Shown here: piece by piece, positions 10,888 through 20,458 of the stretch | How positions within the stretch are numbered: position 1 is the stretch's first letter | How the letters are laid out: the number at the start of each line of letters is the position of its first letter | From: Terriglobia bacterium | GTDB lineage: Bacteria > Acidobacteriota > Terriglobia > JAJPHL01 > JAPKYU01 | Direction: 5' to 3' | Length of the DNA stretch: 64,000 bases | NCBI GenBank assembly: GCA_965223005.1 | Contig: CBDCVK010000002.1 | Coordinates: 493,075 to 557,074, forward strand | Made by a program: the position numbers and the translations under genes | Notes under the pieces: generated by a model | Told to the model about the DNA's origin: nothing | Database searches by the model: none | Seen by the model: the letters and a program-made list of their open reading frames with translations, nothing else

Positions 10888-12357
10888 TCAGTTATAGGGC
10901 TTGCGGTAGCGGCTGCTGAAATCCTGGCGCGTCGGCATTTCCTGCTTCCTCTCCTCCGCCACGTAACCGCGCTCTTCTGAGCGGCTGATGCGGCGTTGGG
11001 CGTAGAGGCCTTCCAGCAAGAATTCGGCAGCCGAAACTGCCAGCGCCGGATCCTTCTTGGGCCGGATGCCCAGGGCGGCCACCCGCTCCAGCAGGCCCTG
11101 AATGGAACGGAGCTGCGGCAAGACCTCGCCTGTCGGTGCCGTTTCCGTAATCTTCAGCGTTCCCCCCAAATCGAACCACTGGACGATCTGTTGCATGTCG
11201 GCGCCTTCGAAGTATCGCCCGTAGACCTTGCTGACGGCGGCGCGGATCAGATCGCGCGCCATTTGCTCGGCGCCCTTCAGTTCGCCCTCATACTCCAGCT
11301 CCAGTTTTCCGGTGAGAGCGGGCAAGGCGGCATAGATATCGCAGATCCGAGGCAAGGTGCGGGCTTCGCCGTTGCGGATGGCGCGCCGTTCGGCGTTGGA
11401 AACGACGTTTTCCAGGTAGGTGATGGGTATGCGTTGAGATACCCCGGAACGCTGGTCAATCCTCTTGTCGCCGCGTGCCTGGAAAGCAATCTCCTCCACG
11501 ATCTCGCGGATATAGTGCGGGACGTGCAGGGGCATCCCGTCGCGCTCGGTGAAGGACTCCTGGGCGGTGATAGCCATGCCGTGGTCCAGGCTGGCCGGGT
11601 AGTGGGTACGGATCTCCGACCCGATGCGGTCTTTCAACGGGGTGACGATCTTGCCGCGTGCCGTGTAGTCCTCCGGATTGGCGCTAAACACCAACAGCAC
11701 GTCCAGCGGAAGGCGCACTGGGTAGCCTTTGATCTGAACGTCGCCCTCTTCCATGATGTTGAACAGGCCCACCTGGATCTTGCCGGCCAGATCCGGCAGC
11801 TCGTTGATGGCGAAGATGCAGCGGTTGGCGCGGGGGAGCAGGCCGTAGTGAATGGTCAGCTCGTCGGAGAGCTGGTGGCCGCCGCGGGCTGCCTTGATGG
11901 GGTCTACGTCGCCGATCATGTCGGCGATGGTGACATCAGGGGTCGCCAGCTTCTCCACGAACCGTTGCTCGCTGCCCAGCCAGGTCAGGGGGGTCTGGTC
12001 CCCCAGTTCATGAATTTTCTGGCGGCAGGCGCGGCAGATGGGCCGGGAGGGACTGTCGTTGATCTCGCAGCCGGCCACGACGGGGATTTCCTCCTCCAGT
12101 AATCCTGTCAAGGCCCGCAGGAGGCGGCTCTTGGCCTGTCCACGCAGGCCGAGCAGGATGAAATTGTGCCGGGAGAGAATGGCGTTGGCCAGCTGGGGTA
12201 GGACGGAATCTTCATACCCAATGATGCCGGGAAACAACGGAACCTTGCGCTTGACCTTGCAGATCAAGTTCTCTCGCATCTCGTCCTTCACGGAGCGCGG
12301 TTGCGCTTGCCAGTATTCGCTGCGGCGCAGTTCCCCCAGAGTCGTCGGTTTCTTCAT
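10888..12357 (-). CDS. Mg-chelatase ChlI-like AAA+ ATPase
   Basis: GLRGQAKS Walker A variant, INELPDL, ANPEDYT.RG, PLKDRIGS. Confidence 0.88.
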   Translation of the reverse strand: MKKPTTLGELRRSEYWQAQPRSVKDEMRENLICKVKRKVPLFPGIIGYEDSVLPQLANAILSRHNFILLGLRGQAKSRLLRALTGLLEEEIPVVAGCEINDSPSRPICRACRQKIHELGDQTPLTWLGSEQRFVEKLATPDVTIADMIGDVDPIKAARGGHQLSDELTIHYGLLPRANRCIFAINELPDLAGKIQVGLFNIMEEGDVQIKGYPVRLPLDVLLVFSANPEDYTARGKIVTPLKDRIGSEIRTHYPASLDHGMAITAQESFTERDGMPLHVPHYIREIVEEIAFQARGDKRIDQRSGVSQRIPITYLENVVSNAERRAIRNGEARTLPRICDIYAALPALTGKLELEYEGELKGAEQMARDLIRAAVSKVYGRYFEGADMQQIVQWFDLGGTLKITETAPTGEVLPQLRSIQGLLERVAALGIRPKKDPALAVSAAEFLLEGLYAQRRISRSEERGYVAEERKQEMPTRQDFSSRYRKPYN

Positions 12358-12492
12358 GGTGCGATGGCTCCCCCGAAACTTCCAGCGTGGGCGAAAAAAA
12401 TCCTCCCGTAGTCCGATTCCTGTACAAAAATTTGATTATAACAGCAGGACACCTTCGACGTTTCCAGAGATTCCTGAAGCCATGCCGTGCAG

Positions 12493-13125
12493 CTATTGGC
12501 AATGGCCGTTGCCTCCAGACTTCGTGCGCACCCAGCCGGCCCGGCGCAGTTGGGAGGGCAAGCGCTCGAAGTATTGCGCCATTCGTTCCAGCCGCTGAGT
12601 CTCTGAACGCAGCGCGAGCAACGACTGCTTGAAATCCAGTTCGAGCGGGAGCGGGCCCGTCAGGCGAAACGACAGTGGCGCCAGATCGGCCTCGGCGCTC
12701 GGCGCTTCATGCTCTTGCTCACGATCGGGGAGCAATTCAACCACTTGTCGGTGGAGTTCCAGTACGCGATTGCGCAGGACATCGGCCGCCGAACTGTCTT
12801 CATCCTGGAAGAACTGGGGCGCGCCGCGCAGGTACTCCTTACTCTGGTCTACGAACAGCACCTCGAAGCGGCGCCTGCCTTCGGTGAGGATGTCCATGCG
12901 GCCGTCGGCGTAGGAGCGGACGAGCTCGACCACCTCGGCGGTGCAGCCCACCTTGGCAATGCCATTCGGCTTGGCCAGGACAACGCCGAATTCCCGCTGC
13001 TCCTTCGCCGCCAGGTACTCGCGGATCATGACCTTATAGCGCTCCTCAAAGATATGCAGCGGAAGCGGCTGTCCGGGAAACAACACCACCTCCAGCGGGA
13101 ATAGCGGGATCAGCGAGTCCTGCAT
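12493..13125 (-). CDS. LON peptidase substrate-binding domain protein
   Basis: IPLFPL.VVLFPG..LPLHIFEERY, GRRRF. Confidence 0.9.
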   Translation of the reverse strand: MQDSLIPLFPLEVVLFPGQPLPLHIFEERYKVMIREYLAAKEQREFGVVLAKPNGIAKVGCTAEVVELVRSYADGRMDILTEGRRRFEVLFVDQSKEYLRGAPQFFQDEDSSAADVLRNRVLELHRQVVELLPDREQEHEAPSAEADLAPLSFRLTGPLPLELDFKQSLLALRSETQRLERMAQYFERLPSQLRRAGWVRTKSGGNGHCQ

Positions 13126-13194
13126 GCCTGCTCCATGGTAACACCGGGGGTATCACCGGGCGCGGAGCACCGCAGTTGAGGCAAAATAGACGAC

Positions 13195-13980
13195 ATGGAA
13201 TTAGCAGAGCGGGTGGTGTTGATTACGGGAGCCTCGATGGGGATCGGCGAAGCGCTGGCCCGCGCCTACGCCGACGAAGGAGCGCAGCTGGTGCTGGCGG
13301 CCCGCTCGGCCGAGCGGCTCGAGCAGGTGGTCTCCACGTTGCCACAAGGACGGGCGCTGGCCGTGCCCACCGACCTGACGGATCCTCGCCAGATCGCTGA
13401 GCTCGTGGACCGCGGCCTGCAGCGCTTCGGCCGCGTCGACGTCCTGGTGAACAACGCTGGTGTGGGATTATTCTCGACGCTGAGTGACATGGACCGAGTG
13501 CAGTTCCAGCGCCTGTTTGCGCTCAACGTATTTGCGCCCATCCACCTGATCCAAACCGTACTGCCTCAGATGAAGTACCGGCGTCAGGGGCAGATCGTCA
13601 ACGTCTCCTCGGTCTTGGGGTATGTGGCAATGCCGGCCATGGGCGCCTATGCGGCTAGCAAGTTCTCGTTGCGGGCCTTGACCGATGCGCTGCGCGTGGA
13701 GGTGAAACCCTTCGGCATCCACGTGCTGGGCGTCTATCCCGGCCGGATCCGCACTCCATTCGCTGACAATGCTTACTGGGGTACGGTGCCGCGGGGGTAT
13801 CGCAGCCGGAGGGGGGGCATCTCGGCCGAGCGTTGTGCGCGAGCCATCGTGGCGGCTTCCCGCAAGGAGAAGCGGGAAATCATGGTGCCGGGCGCGAAAA
13901 TGCGCGCCTTCGTTAGTTTTTCTCGCTGGTTTCCCGGCACCACCGACCGGCTGCTGGCCAGGATGTTCCGTGATTCCTAG
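13195..13980 (+). CDS. SDR family NAD(P)-dependent oxidoreductase
   Basis: TGASMGIG, NNAG, YAASK. Confidence 0.93.
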   Translation: MELAERVVLITGASMGIGEALARAYADEGAQLVLAARSAERLEQVVSTLPQGRALAVPTDLTDPRQIAELVDRGLQRFGRVDVLVNNAGVGLFSTLSDMDRVQFQRLFALNVFAPIHLIQTVLPQMKYRRQGQIVNVSSVLGYVAMPAMGAYAASKFSLRALTDALRVEVKPFGIHVLGVYPGRIRTPFADNAYWGTVPRGYRSRRGGISAERCARAIVAASRKEKREIMVPGAKMRAFVSFSRWFPGTTDRLLARMFRDS

Positions 13981-13999
13981 GAGAGGATGTGGGTGGGAC

Positions 14000-14368
14000 C
14001 TAGCCCGAGCCAGCGGGTCGGTTTAACCGCTGTAGGAGTTCGTCCAGTGCCGCCTGCATCTCGGAGCCTGCATGCTGGTTCCCCGTGCGACCGCAAACCT
14101 CGATACCGCGCTGGTACATCTGGCGCGCCTCTTCCAGGCGCTCCAAAGTCTCCAGAGCCCGGCCGCCGTGGAAGTAGGCTGCCTCATAGTCCGGGCTGAC
14201 CTCCAGCAATCGGCCAAACTCCGCGATGGCTTCCTGGAGGCACCCTGTGTTCGCGTACTCCTGGGCCAGGCCATAGCGCAGGAAAGTATTTTGCGGGTCT
14301 TGCGCGGCCATCTCCTGCAACCGTTCCAGTCGCGTTTTCGTGATCGGGGGTTCTGGCTTTGAACTCAT
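14000..14368 (-). CDS. tetratricopeptide repeat protein
   Basis: DP.N.FLRYGLAQEY, PDY.AAYFH.G TPR pattern. Confidence 0.8.
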   Translation of the reverse strand: MSSKPEPPITKTRLERLQEMAAQDPQNTFLRYGLAQEYANTGCLQEAIAEFGRLLEVSPDYEAAYFHGGRALETLERLEEARQMYQRGIEVCGRTGNQHAGSEMQAALDELLQRLNRPAGSG

Positions 14369-14503
14369 GGGCCAGCCAGCATATCATACCCGCCTCAGGG
14401 CCCGCTCCAGGGTCAACGTGCGGTGGCTGGCAGCAAGGGCCACTCAGGCTTGTGACTTTCGACTTTGGGCGACTTTGGCAACTTTGGACGATAGAGCAGT
14501 CTG

Positions 14504-14944
14504 ATGGCTTGCCCGTTCTTCTATCCGACCGAGCCTGTAGTTGGGCAACACTTAGTTGAGCAGCAGTGGCGAACTGATCGGCCCATGCCGCTCGGTGATC
14601 TCTTCCGCGGGGAGTGTCGCGCCAAAGCCGTGCCTTATCATCCCAAGGCCGAGGAACTGAAGAACCTGTGCAACCTGGGCTACGTGCGCGGCAAATGCCC
14701 GCGCTTTCCCCAGGGCTGCCAGGTTGACGCAGCGCGGTTTGCTCTGAACCGGGACACGCCCGACCGCGTGGCGATCACCTACGTACAGGAGCGTGACTAC
14801 CGCCCCTTCAGCCACGGTACGCTGGAGTACTTGACGGCCCGGCAGGGCTGGGCGACACTTCCTGCCGACCGCAACCTTCGCCGGCAAGCGCTGGTATACC
14901 TGGGTGCTTACCGGAGGCGCAAAGCTTCAGCGGCCAGCGGTTGA
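14504..14944 (+). CDS. hypothetical Cys-containing protein
   Basis: MACPFFYP...PLGDL..G.C...CNLGY..G.CPRFP; plausible coding ORF. Confidence 0.65.
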   Translation: MACPFFYPTEPVVGQHLVEQQWRTDRPMPLGDLFRGECRAKAVPYHPKAEELKNLCNLGYVRGKCPRFPQGCQVDAARFALNRDTPDRVAITYVQERDYRPFSHGTLEYLTARQGWATLPADRNLRRQALVYLGAYRRRKASAASG

Positions 14945-15016
14945 TGTCGGGACAGGTGGTCCAACCAATAGTCTGGTCTGGCGGGGCTGACCGGAACTGA
15001 GAGAAACGGAAATTCC

Positions 15017-15499
15017 TTGGCTATGCAAGAAGGCAAGCCAGTTTGCGAGTCCCAGACAGAGATGGTGGAGATGGTGCTGCCCAACGACGCCAATCCGTTG
15101 GGAGACATCTTGGGAGGCAAGGTTCTCCACTTGGTAGACATCGCGGCAGCGATCGCCGCCCACCGCCACTCCCGCAGCTACGTAGTCACCGCGTCGCTGG
15201 ACCACGTGGATTTCCGCCATCCGATCCGGGTCGGCGAGCTGGTCCTGCTGAAAGCCTCCGTGAACCGCGTCTTTCGCAGCTCGATGGAAGTAGGCGTAAA
15301 AGTGTTCAGCGAGAACCCGCTAACCGGAGAGCGCCGGCCGACCAGCTCGGCCTACGCGACGATGGTGGCTTTGGACAGGGAAGGGAAGCCGACGGCCATC
15401 CCGCCGGTGATTCCCGAAACCGAGGAACAAAAGCGGCGTTACCAGCAAGCTGAAGCTCGCCGCCGCTACCGGCTGGAGCAGCGGGACAGGCAGAGCTAG
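15017..15499 (+). CDS. acyl-CoA thioesterase (hotdog fold, YciA-like)
   Basis: VLPNDANPLG...GG..L..VD, VTAS.D, SSMEVGV.V. Confidence 0.92.
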   Translation: MAMQEGKPVCESQTEMVEMVLPNDANPLGDILGGKVLHLVDIAAAIAAHRHSRSYVVTASLDHVDFRHPIRVGELVLLKASVNRVFRSSMEVGVKVFSENPLTGERRPTSSAYATMVALDREGKPTAIPPVIPETEEQKRRYQQAEARRRYRLEQRDRQS

Positions 15500-15549
15500 C
15501 CCTAAGCGAACAGGGAACAGGCTCCGCCAGGTCACCAGACGAATGCCGT

Positions 15550-15873
15550 TTAGGCGCCTGTATTTTCTTCCGTGTTGTTCTGCTGATCTTGCTCCTTGAA
15601 GAGATACTTGATGGTCGGCTTGTAGATGAGCAGGTTCGGTCCCGTCACTCGATTCACTTTAATGCAGTTCTTGTCGTACCACTCGATCACACCTCGAATC
15701 TGTTCGCCGTCTTGCAACACGACCACCATTGATGTGTGGGCCTGCATTTGCTTGACATAGTAAAAATTTTCAGCGTTGGTGGTTTCCGGAGGCGTGGGCT
15801 TCTTGCGCAGGGGGCGGGCCGGAGACTGCTCCTTGATCTCCGTCAGGGATGGGCGGATAAGTTTGCGATTCAC
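15550..15873 (-). CDS. Hfq-like Sm-fold RNA chaperone
   Basis: [18 protein letters not shown]...LLIYK.TIKY resembles Hfq Sm1/Sm2 motifs. Confidence 0.7.
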   Translation of the reverse strand: MNRKLIRPSLTEIKEQSPARPLRKKPTPPETTNAENFYYVKQMQAHTSMVVVLQDGEQIRGVIEWYDKNCIKVNRVTGPNLLIYKPTIKYLFKEQDQQNNTEENTGA

Positions 15874-16042
15874 CCTATTGCTCCTTGCTGGTTTTCTTTT
15901 GCACTCCGCATCCCGCCACTGACCGGCTCGGAGGGGACCAACCCGGACTCCATACTAGATTGCAGAACTTGGGATGTCGTTAAAGCCAACCTATCACAGT
16001 GGGCCGCCGCCGTGCAACAGGAACGAGTCGCGGCGCCGCAGC

Positions 16043-17161
16043 TCACAGACCTGTCCGCTCCCGGCGGAGCGATACCGCCAATGCTTCCAGGGCTACCTGC
16101 TTGTTAATGTTTCTGCGGAGCAGGCGATCCAGGCGATCCAGCCGCCCTGTGGCCCGCCTGACCCACTCCCAGTCCACCTGGCGCGCGATCCCAGCCAGTT
16201 CTTTCTCCAGATCCAGGTTGCGCAGAGGGCGACTCGGAACTCCGGTTTCCCGGCTCACGACGAGGTACAAAACGTCGTGGAACAGACTATAAAAGAGGCC
16301 CAGCAGTTTTTCAAGTTTTTCTTCCCGGGCTTGCGCCAGGCTTCGTGTGCGCGCGAACAAGCCGCCGAAGTTGCGGCGTTCGAACCCGTCGCGGACAAGT
16401 GCCAGCAGTTCTCCGCGCAGCCGCCGCGATTCCTCCAGATCCATCCGGCCGGCAATCCCGGGGCTGCCCTCGGAGAGCCGGGCCGCCAGCCGTTTCTCGG
16501 CCGGGCTCCACGGCACCGCCTCCAGCAGCCGCTCCACCTCCTCGCTGCCGAGCGGCGCCAGATGCAGGGGAAAGGCCCGCGACCGCACCGTCGGGAGCAG
16601 CTGGAAGTAGGAGATTGCAGTCAGCAGCAGCAGAGTATCGGCCGGCGGCTCTTCCAGGATTTTCAGCATGGCGCTGGCTGCAACTTCGTCGGTGCGGTCG
16701 ACATTGTCCAAAATGAACACGCGCTGCCGTGCCCGGGAAGGCCGATATTGCGCCAGGGCGATCATCCGGCGCACCTGGTGGATGGAGATTTGCTGCGTCT
16801 TGCCGTCCGGCGGCAGCACGAAGATGTCCGGGTGAGTACTCAGCAGCAGCGGGTTCTCTTTGCGTTCCTGCAGCGACAGCCGCGGCCGTTCGGCCACGAT
16901 TTTGCCCAACTCAGGGTGGTCCTCGTAAGTTTCCAGTTCAGCAATGGCCTTGCAATTCCAGCATTCGCCGCAAAAGTCGGCCCGGTCGTAGGCGGCTTCA
17001 TCCAAGCAGTTGATCGTCCGCGCCACCATGGTCGCCATCGTGTGCTTGCCCACGCCGGGCGGACCCGCTAGGGTCAAGCTGTGGGGTAGCCGTCGGCTGC
17101 GGATCATCCGCCGCACGGAGGCCACGATGGCGGTGTTACCACGAAAGCGTTCCCAACCCAT
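16043..17161 (-). CDS. holB: DNA polymerase III delta-prime subunit
   Basis: LPHS..LAGPPGVGK, CGECWNC, HPD, LKILEEPP, LLPTVRSR; downstream of tmk. Confidence 0.9.
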   Translation of the reverse strand: MGWERFRGNTAIVASVRRMIRSRRLPHSLTLAGPPGVGKHTMATMVARTINCLDEAAYDRADFCGECWNCKAIAELETYEDHPELGKIVAERPRLSLQERKENPLLLSTHPDIFVLPPDGKTQQISIHQVRRMIALAQYRPSRARQRVFILDNVDRTDEVAASAMLKILEEPPADTLLLLTAISYFQLLPTVRSRAFPLHLAPLGSEEVERLLEAVPWSPAEKRLAARLSEGSPGIAGRMDLEESRRLRGELLALVRDGFERRNFGGLFARTRSLAQAREEKLEKLLGLFYSLFHDVLYLVVSRETGVPSRPLRNLDLEKELAGIARQVDWEWVRRATGRLDRLDRLLRRNINKQVALEALAVSLRRERTGL

Positions 17162-17278
17162 CTCAGTGACTTCGGATTTCGGATTTCGGATCTACGATTG
17201 AAGAACACCTGCAGGTGGAAGATCAGCCCCCAACGCCGTCAGTTCCAAGACACAACGCCCGAGCCGGTTTCACACCTT

Positions 17279-17944
17279 TCAATCTGAAATTCCTAGCAGC
17301 CGCCTCGCCCGCTGCCAGATGTCAGCGTGAATCGCCTGGGGGGTGCGCTCGCCGTGGACCACCACCACGCGGCCGGATTCGCGGGCGGCGATGTCCAGGT
17401 AGCCGCGGCGGACGCGCTCAAAAAACTCCGGGTTTTCTTGTTCGAACCGGCTCTCATCTTGCTGGCCGGCCGCCGTGCTGCTTCGATTTCGCTCCAGCGC
17501 CCGCGCCACACTCGTGCCGGGCTCGATGTCCAGCAGAAAGGTCAGGTCGGGCTTCAGGCCGCCGCAGGCAATCCGCTCCACCTCGGAGACCAGTTCCGTG
17601 CCCAGGCCGCGCCCACACCCCTGATAAGCAGCCGAGGCATCCACGTAACGGTCACAGAGTACCACTCGCCTCGCCTCGAGCGCCGGCCGGATGATTTCGT
17701 CCAGGTTCTGCGTCCGGGAGGCGAAATAAAGCAGCAGCTCGGCTAAAGGCGACAGGCGCGCCGTCGCTGAATCCAGCAGGATGCAACGTATGGCCGCGCC
17801 GACCGGCGTGCCTCCTGGCTCCTTTGCCGTGGTCACCGCAATGTCGTGAGCTCGAAGGCGTTCGGCCAGCATCTCCAGTTGAGTGGTCTTTCCTGAGCCG
17901 TCAATGCCTTCGAAGGTAATGAATGTACCGCGGCTATCCGACAT
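17279..17944 (-). CDS. tmk: thymidylate kinase
   Basis: FITFEGIDGSGKTTQ, EPGGT, CDRY.DAS.AYQG, PDLTFLLD. Confidence 0.95.
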   Translation of the reverse strand: MSDSRGTFITFEGIDGSGKTTQLEMLAERLRAHDIAVTTAKEPGGTPVGAAIRCILLDSATARLSPLAELLLYFASRTQNLDEIIRPALEARRVVLCDRYVDASAAYQGCGRGLGTELVSEVERIACGGLKPDLTFLLDIEPGTSVARALERNRSSTAAGQQDESRFEQENPEFFERVRRGYLDIAARESGRVVVVHGERTPQAIHADIWQRARRLLGISD

Positions 17945-17994
17945 GGCAGAGCGCCCATCATAGCATGATAGAATTTTCGGTTTGCCGGGCAGGC

Positions 17995-18714
17995 GTGTCT
18001 TCCATCCGTGAAAACCTGGCTGCGGTACGAGCGCGCATCGAACGCGCGCAGGAGAACGCCGGACGCGCCGGCGGGCCACGCCGGGAGGTGCTGCTGGTGG
18101 CGGTGACCAAGACCCAGCCGCCCGAGCGCATCCGCGAGGCCTATGAGGCCGGCCAGCGGCATTTCGGCGAAAATCGCATCCAGGAGTTCGAGCAGAAGCG
18201 CCCACGGCTCGAGCTCGCCGGTGCCGAGTGGCACCTGGTGGGACATCTGCAATCGAACAAAGCCCGGCGTGCGGTCCAGCTGTTCCGCGTCATTGAGACC
18301 GTGGACAGCACGCACCTGGCACACCGCTTGAACGAGGCGGTGGCGAGCGGCAGTCCGAATGCCGACGAGGTGGGCGCACTTCCGGTGTTCCTTCAGGTGA
18401 AGCTGAGCCCGGAGCTCGCGAAGGCCGGCTGTCCGGAAGAGGCACTGCCGGAACTTGCGCGTGAGGTAGCGGCGCTGCCCCACCTGGAACTGCGCGGGCT
18501 GATGACTATGCCGCCTTTCACTGAGGATCCAGAAGCGGCACGGCCTTACTTCCGGCGGCTGCGCCAGTGGGCCGAGCGGCTGAGCCTGGAAGAGCTGTCT
18601 ATGGGCATGAGCCACGACTTCGAAGTGGCAGTCGAAGAGGGAGCCACGGTGGTGCGCGTGGGCACCGCGATTTTCGGAGAAAGACCGCGACCCGCACGGC
18701 CGGCTCCGGGATGA
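17995..18714 (+). CDS. yggS: PLP homeostasis protein YggS
   Basis: LVAVTK, FGENRIQE, WH.VGHLQSNK, GLMTM, LSMGMS.DF..AVEEGAT.VRVGTAIFG; start approximate. Confidence 0.93.
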   Translation: MSSIRENLAAVRARIERAQENAGRAGGPRREVLLVAVTKTQPPERIREAYEAGQRHFGENRIQEFEQKRPRLELAGAEWHLVGHLQSNKARRAVQLFRVIETVDSTHLAHRLNEAVASGSPNADEVGALPVFLQVKLSPELAKAGCPEEALPELAREVAALPHLELRGLMTMPPFTEDPEAARPYFRRLRQWAERLSLEELSMGMSHDFEVAVEEGATVVRVGTAIFGERPRPARPAPG

Positions 18715-18992
18715 ACGTGATGCGGCTGCGCGTCAAAGTTCGCGCTGGCGCGCGACGCTCGAGCGTGGCGGGAAAACTGGGAGAGGAGTGGAAAATGGAG
18801 ATCGCCGCGCCGGCAGTGGACGGCAAAGCCAACCGCGCACTCGTCGAGTTTCTCGCTACCATGTGGCGCGTGCCGCGCTCAGCCGTCCAGATCGTCTCCG
18901 GGCACCGTTCGCCGCATAAAGTCGTGGAAGTGGAGGCAGCGGGAGGCGAAGAGTTACTGCTGTTCCAGAAAATCGAGAACAAGAAGACCTAG
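18711..18992 (+). CDS. DUF167/YggU family protein
   Basis: APAVDGKANRAL..FLA, IVSG..S..K; follows yggS. Confidence 0.85.
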   Translation: MNVMRLRVKVRAGARRSSVAGKLGEEWKMEIAAPAVDGKANRALVEFLATMWRVPRSAVQIVSGHRSPHKVVEVEAAGGEELLLFQKIENKKT

Positions 18993-18994
18993 TC

Positions 18995-20458
18995 GTGCTC
19001 TACATCATTGTCCTGGTCCTGATCGTAACCACCCTGCTGGTGGTCAGCCTGGCGCAGGCGCGCACGGTGAAGACGCAGGCTGATTTCACGGTGGCTGGGC
19101 GCAGTCTGGCGTGGCCGGTGTTGGTCTTCACGCTGCTGTCGTCCTGGATTGGGGCGGGTACGCTGTTTGCCGGCGGGGAAAACGCCTTTCGCAACGGGCT
19201 ATCTGCGCTATGGCTGCCGGCCGGTGGCTGGGCCGGGTTGCTGGTGATCGCGATGATTGCCGGACGCGCCCGCCGCTTCGCTCAATTCACCGTGCCGGAC
19301 TTGCTGGAGACGCGCTTCAATGTCACGGCGCGGGTCGCGGCCACGATCGCCATCCTGCTGGCTTACACGGCCATCACCAGTTACCAGTTCCGCGGCGGGG
19401 GCGAGGTGCTGCACCTGATCTTCCCCGAAGTACCAGCACGCACCGGAATGTATATCGTCGCCGGCTTCGTGATTCTGTTCACCGCGCTGGCCGGGATGTC
19501 CTCGGTAGCCTATCTGGACCTGGTGATCGGCCTGCTGGTGAGCATTTCGGCAGTGATTGCCCTCCCGTTGCTGCTGGGCCGGGTCGGCGGTTGGGAGGGC
19601 TTGCAGGCGGCTCTGCCTGCCGAGCACTTCACGCCCATGGGACGGCTGTCGTTGCGGAATGCTCTGGGGTTCTTCCTGCCCAGCATGCTGCTGTTGCTTG
19701 GCAACCAGAGCATGTACCAGAAGTTCTTCTCGGCTCGAAGCGAGCGCGACGCCCGGCTCTCAGTGGTGGGCTGGATCGTGGGCACGATCTTGCTGGAGAC
19801 GATCATCCTGCTGATTGCCGTGGTAGGCAGCGCCCTGTACCGCGACGTCAACCCGCACGACATCATCCCGGTCACGGTTCGGCGAGGCCTGCCGGCGCTG
19901 CTAGGGGCGGTCATGCTGGGCGGCATTTTCGCCAAGGTCATGGCGACGGCCAACAACTACCTGTTTTCTCCAGCCACCAACCTGGTACACGACATTTACC
20001 AGCGCTTTATCAACCCCAGCGCGGGACAGGCGCGGCTCATCTGGGTGTCGCGCGCAATGGTTCTCCTGCTGGGTCTTTTCGCTGTAGGCTTGCAGAGTTT
20101 CCTGCCCTCAATCCTGGCCATGGCCCTCTATGCGTACACTGTCTACAGCGCCGGCATTACTCCGGTGGTGATGGCTGTATTTTTCTGGAAGCGGGCCAAT
20201 GGGGCCGGCGCGGTCTCCTCCATAGCGGTTGGCACCGTCATCACGGTGGGCTGGAACCTGACGGCGCGGCTGGCCAACCCGGCCGCGGCCGCCGAGGGTT
20301 TACAGGCGGTAGCGCAGTTCGTGGCCGGCATCGAGGCGATCTATCCCGCGTTGCTCGGCTCGCTGCTTTGCCTGGTGCTGGTCAGCTTGGCGACGCCGCC
20401 CCCGCGCGAGGAGCAGTGGCGGCCGTTCTTCCAGGCCGCGGAGGGTGCGAGCGCATGA
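18995..20458 (+). CDS. sodium:solute symporter family transporter
   Basis: DF.VAGRSL, many TM helices, FTVPDLLETRF, AGM.SVAY.D. Confidence 0.92.
   Translation: MLYIIVLVLIVTTLLVVSLAQARTVKTQADFTVAGRSLAWPVLVFTLLSSWIGAGTLFAGGENAFRNGLSALWLPAGGWAGLLVIAMIAGRARRFAQFTVPDLLETRFNVTARVAATIAILLAYTAITSYQFRGGGEVLHLIFPEVPARTGMYIVAGFVILFTALAGMSSVAYLDLVIGLLVSISAVIALPLLLGRVGGWEGLQAALPAEHFTPMGRLSLRNALGFFLPSMLLLLGNQSMYQKFFSARSERDARLSVVGWIVGTILLETIILLIAVVGSALYRDVNPHDIIPVTVRRGLPALLGAVMLGGIFAKVMATANNYLFSPATNLVHDIYQRFINPSAGQARLIWVSRAMVLLLGLFAVGLQSFLPSILAMALYAYTVYSAGITPVVMAVFFWKRANGAGAVSSIAVGTVITVGWNLTARLANPAAAAEGLQAVAQFVAGIEAIYPALLGSLLCLVLVSLATPPPREEQWRPFFQAAEGASA

Noticed and set aside
17171-17198. TTCGGAT heptamer run (similar short runs near 8100, 14455, 23445, 41945)
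   Set aside because: Short intergenic low-complexity repeats of 3-4 units with no evident function
19111-20454. 846-aa ORF as a fusion protein
   Set aside because: The N-terminal 448 aa is an off-frame shadow of the symporter; the real peptidase starts at 20455
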